Positions 63,893-64,000 of a DNA stretch of 64,000 nt are shown piece after piece. Position numbers and translations under genes: made by a program. The notes under the pieces were generated by a model. It had not been told where the DNA came from, ran no database searches, and saw nothing but the letters and a program-made list of their open reading frames with translations. The stretch is from contig CAYOSQ010000008.1 of NCBI GenBank assembly GCA_964406665.1, forward strand, positions 3,933 through 67,932. Direction: 5' to 3'. The DNA is from an uncultured Planctomycetia bacterium. GTDB taxonomy: Bacteria > Omnitrophota > Gorgyraeia > VGKH01 > JBHPFN01. Every line of letters begins with the position of its first letter. The first letter of the stretch is position 1.

Positions 63893-64000
63893 TTTTTGGA
63901 GTTATTTCTAAAGGTGACTGTAGCGAAATTCTTCTGTATGGAACAGATTATCATTCTCATCTAGGGACTGAATATGGGGGTATGGCTGTATTTAACGGAG
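63893..64000 (+). CDS. N-terminal fragment of a class-II glutamine-amidotransferase-like (Ntn) domain protein, 3'-truncated by the window edge; Ser replaces the usual Cys nucleophile
   Basis: MSGIFGVISKG... parallels the MCGIxG start of PurF/GlmS/AsnB-type Ntn amidotransferases but position 2 is Ser. Promoter ttgaat-16-tataat at about 63799-63826, RBS ggagg. Confidence 0.3.

Noticed and set aside
246-63960. All minus-strand ORFs in the six-frame track (e.g. 246..488, 914..1162, 11706..12053, 17920..18336, 27790..28146, 36251..36643, 40445..40828, 47630..47953, 63200..63607).
   Set aside because: Each lies entirely inside, or antisense to, a longer + strand gene with clear homology or domain content. 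Their translations are low-complexity (Ser/Phe/Leu/Ile-rich) mirror images of the AT-rich, K/E-rich sense genes. None has an RBS or a recognisable motif.
1-64000. Searched by eye for tRNA, rRNA, transposase/integrase, phage structural genes, restriction-modification and toxin-antitoxin pairs.
   Set aside because: None found. No TΨC-arm consensus, no rRNA-like GC-rich long stretches, and no DDE/tyrosine-recombinase motifs. The ImmA-like peptidase has no Xre partner.

Overview
This is a low-GC (about one-third GC by eye) bacterial chromosomal segment with roughly 70 protein-coding genes. Every convincing gene is on the + strand, and many junctions show translational coupling, so the region is operonic. 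Every minus-strand ORF in the track lies inside a better + strand gene and reads as a compositional artefact.

Gene content points to a fermentative anaerobe:
- Fermentation core: pyruvate formate-lyase with its activase, a D-lactate-dehydrogenase-like enzyme, Pta (split into two genes) with AckA, a Zn alcohol dehydrogenase, GTP-dependent PEP carboxykinase, a short pyruvate kinase, and a formate/nitrite-family channel.
- Thiol and Fe-S housekeeping: TrxA, TrxB, LipA, a NifU-like protein, PanD and Def.
- Ion homeostasis: MscS; an NRAMP-family transporter with a magnesium-type (NRMT-like) substitution pattern next to a soluble MgtE-N/CBS protein; and a cation/proton antiporter fused to CBS domains.
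- An alpha-glucoside / compatible-solute island: GH65 phosphorylase, beta-phosphoglucomutase and a GT4 glycosyltransferase.
- A cluster of a flippase-like membrane protein, a YacP/Rae1-like NYN nuclease, an MBL hydrolase and a cNMP-binding patatin phospholipase.
- MORN-repeat proteins, including a 980-aa membrane-anchored coiled-coil giant.
- An unusual number of stand-alone CBS-pair proteins.
- A 10-kb signalling island (53.9-63.8 kb): seven receiver-domain proteins, two histidine kinases, a triple-PAS protein, an outer-membrane beta-barrel and a periplasmic binding protein.

No rRNA, tRNA, CRISPR array, transposase or phage gene was recognised. The clearest non-coding signal is a roughly 300-nt GC-rich, hairpin-dense element at 1089-1390 containing a duplicated 30-nt stem-loop unit. 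Two higher-GC patches (2909-4943 and 15683-17566) suggest horizontal acquisition. An outer-membrane barrel ending in Phe indicates a diderm cell. Lineage cannot be fixed from sequence alone; an uncultivated anaerobic candidate-phylum organism is plausible.

The candidates for something undescribed are the NRMT-like/MgtE-N pairing (23330-25915), the receiver-rich signalling island, the structured element at 1089-1390, and the flippase/NYN/MBL/cNMP-patatin cluster. All calls come from reading motifs by eye; no searches were run.
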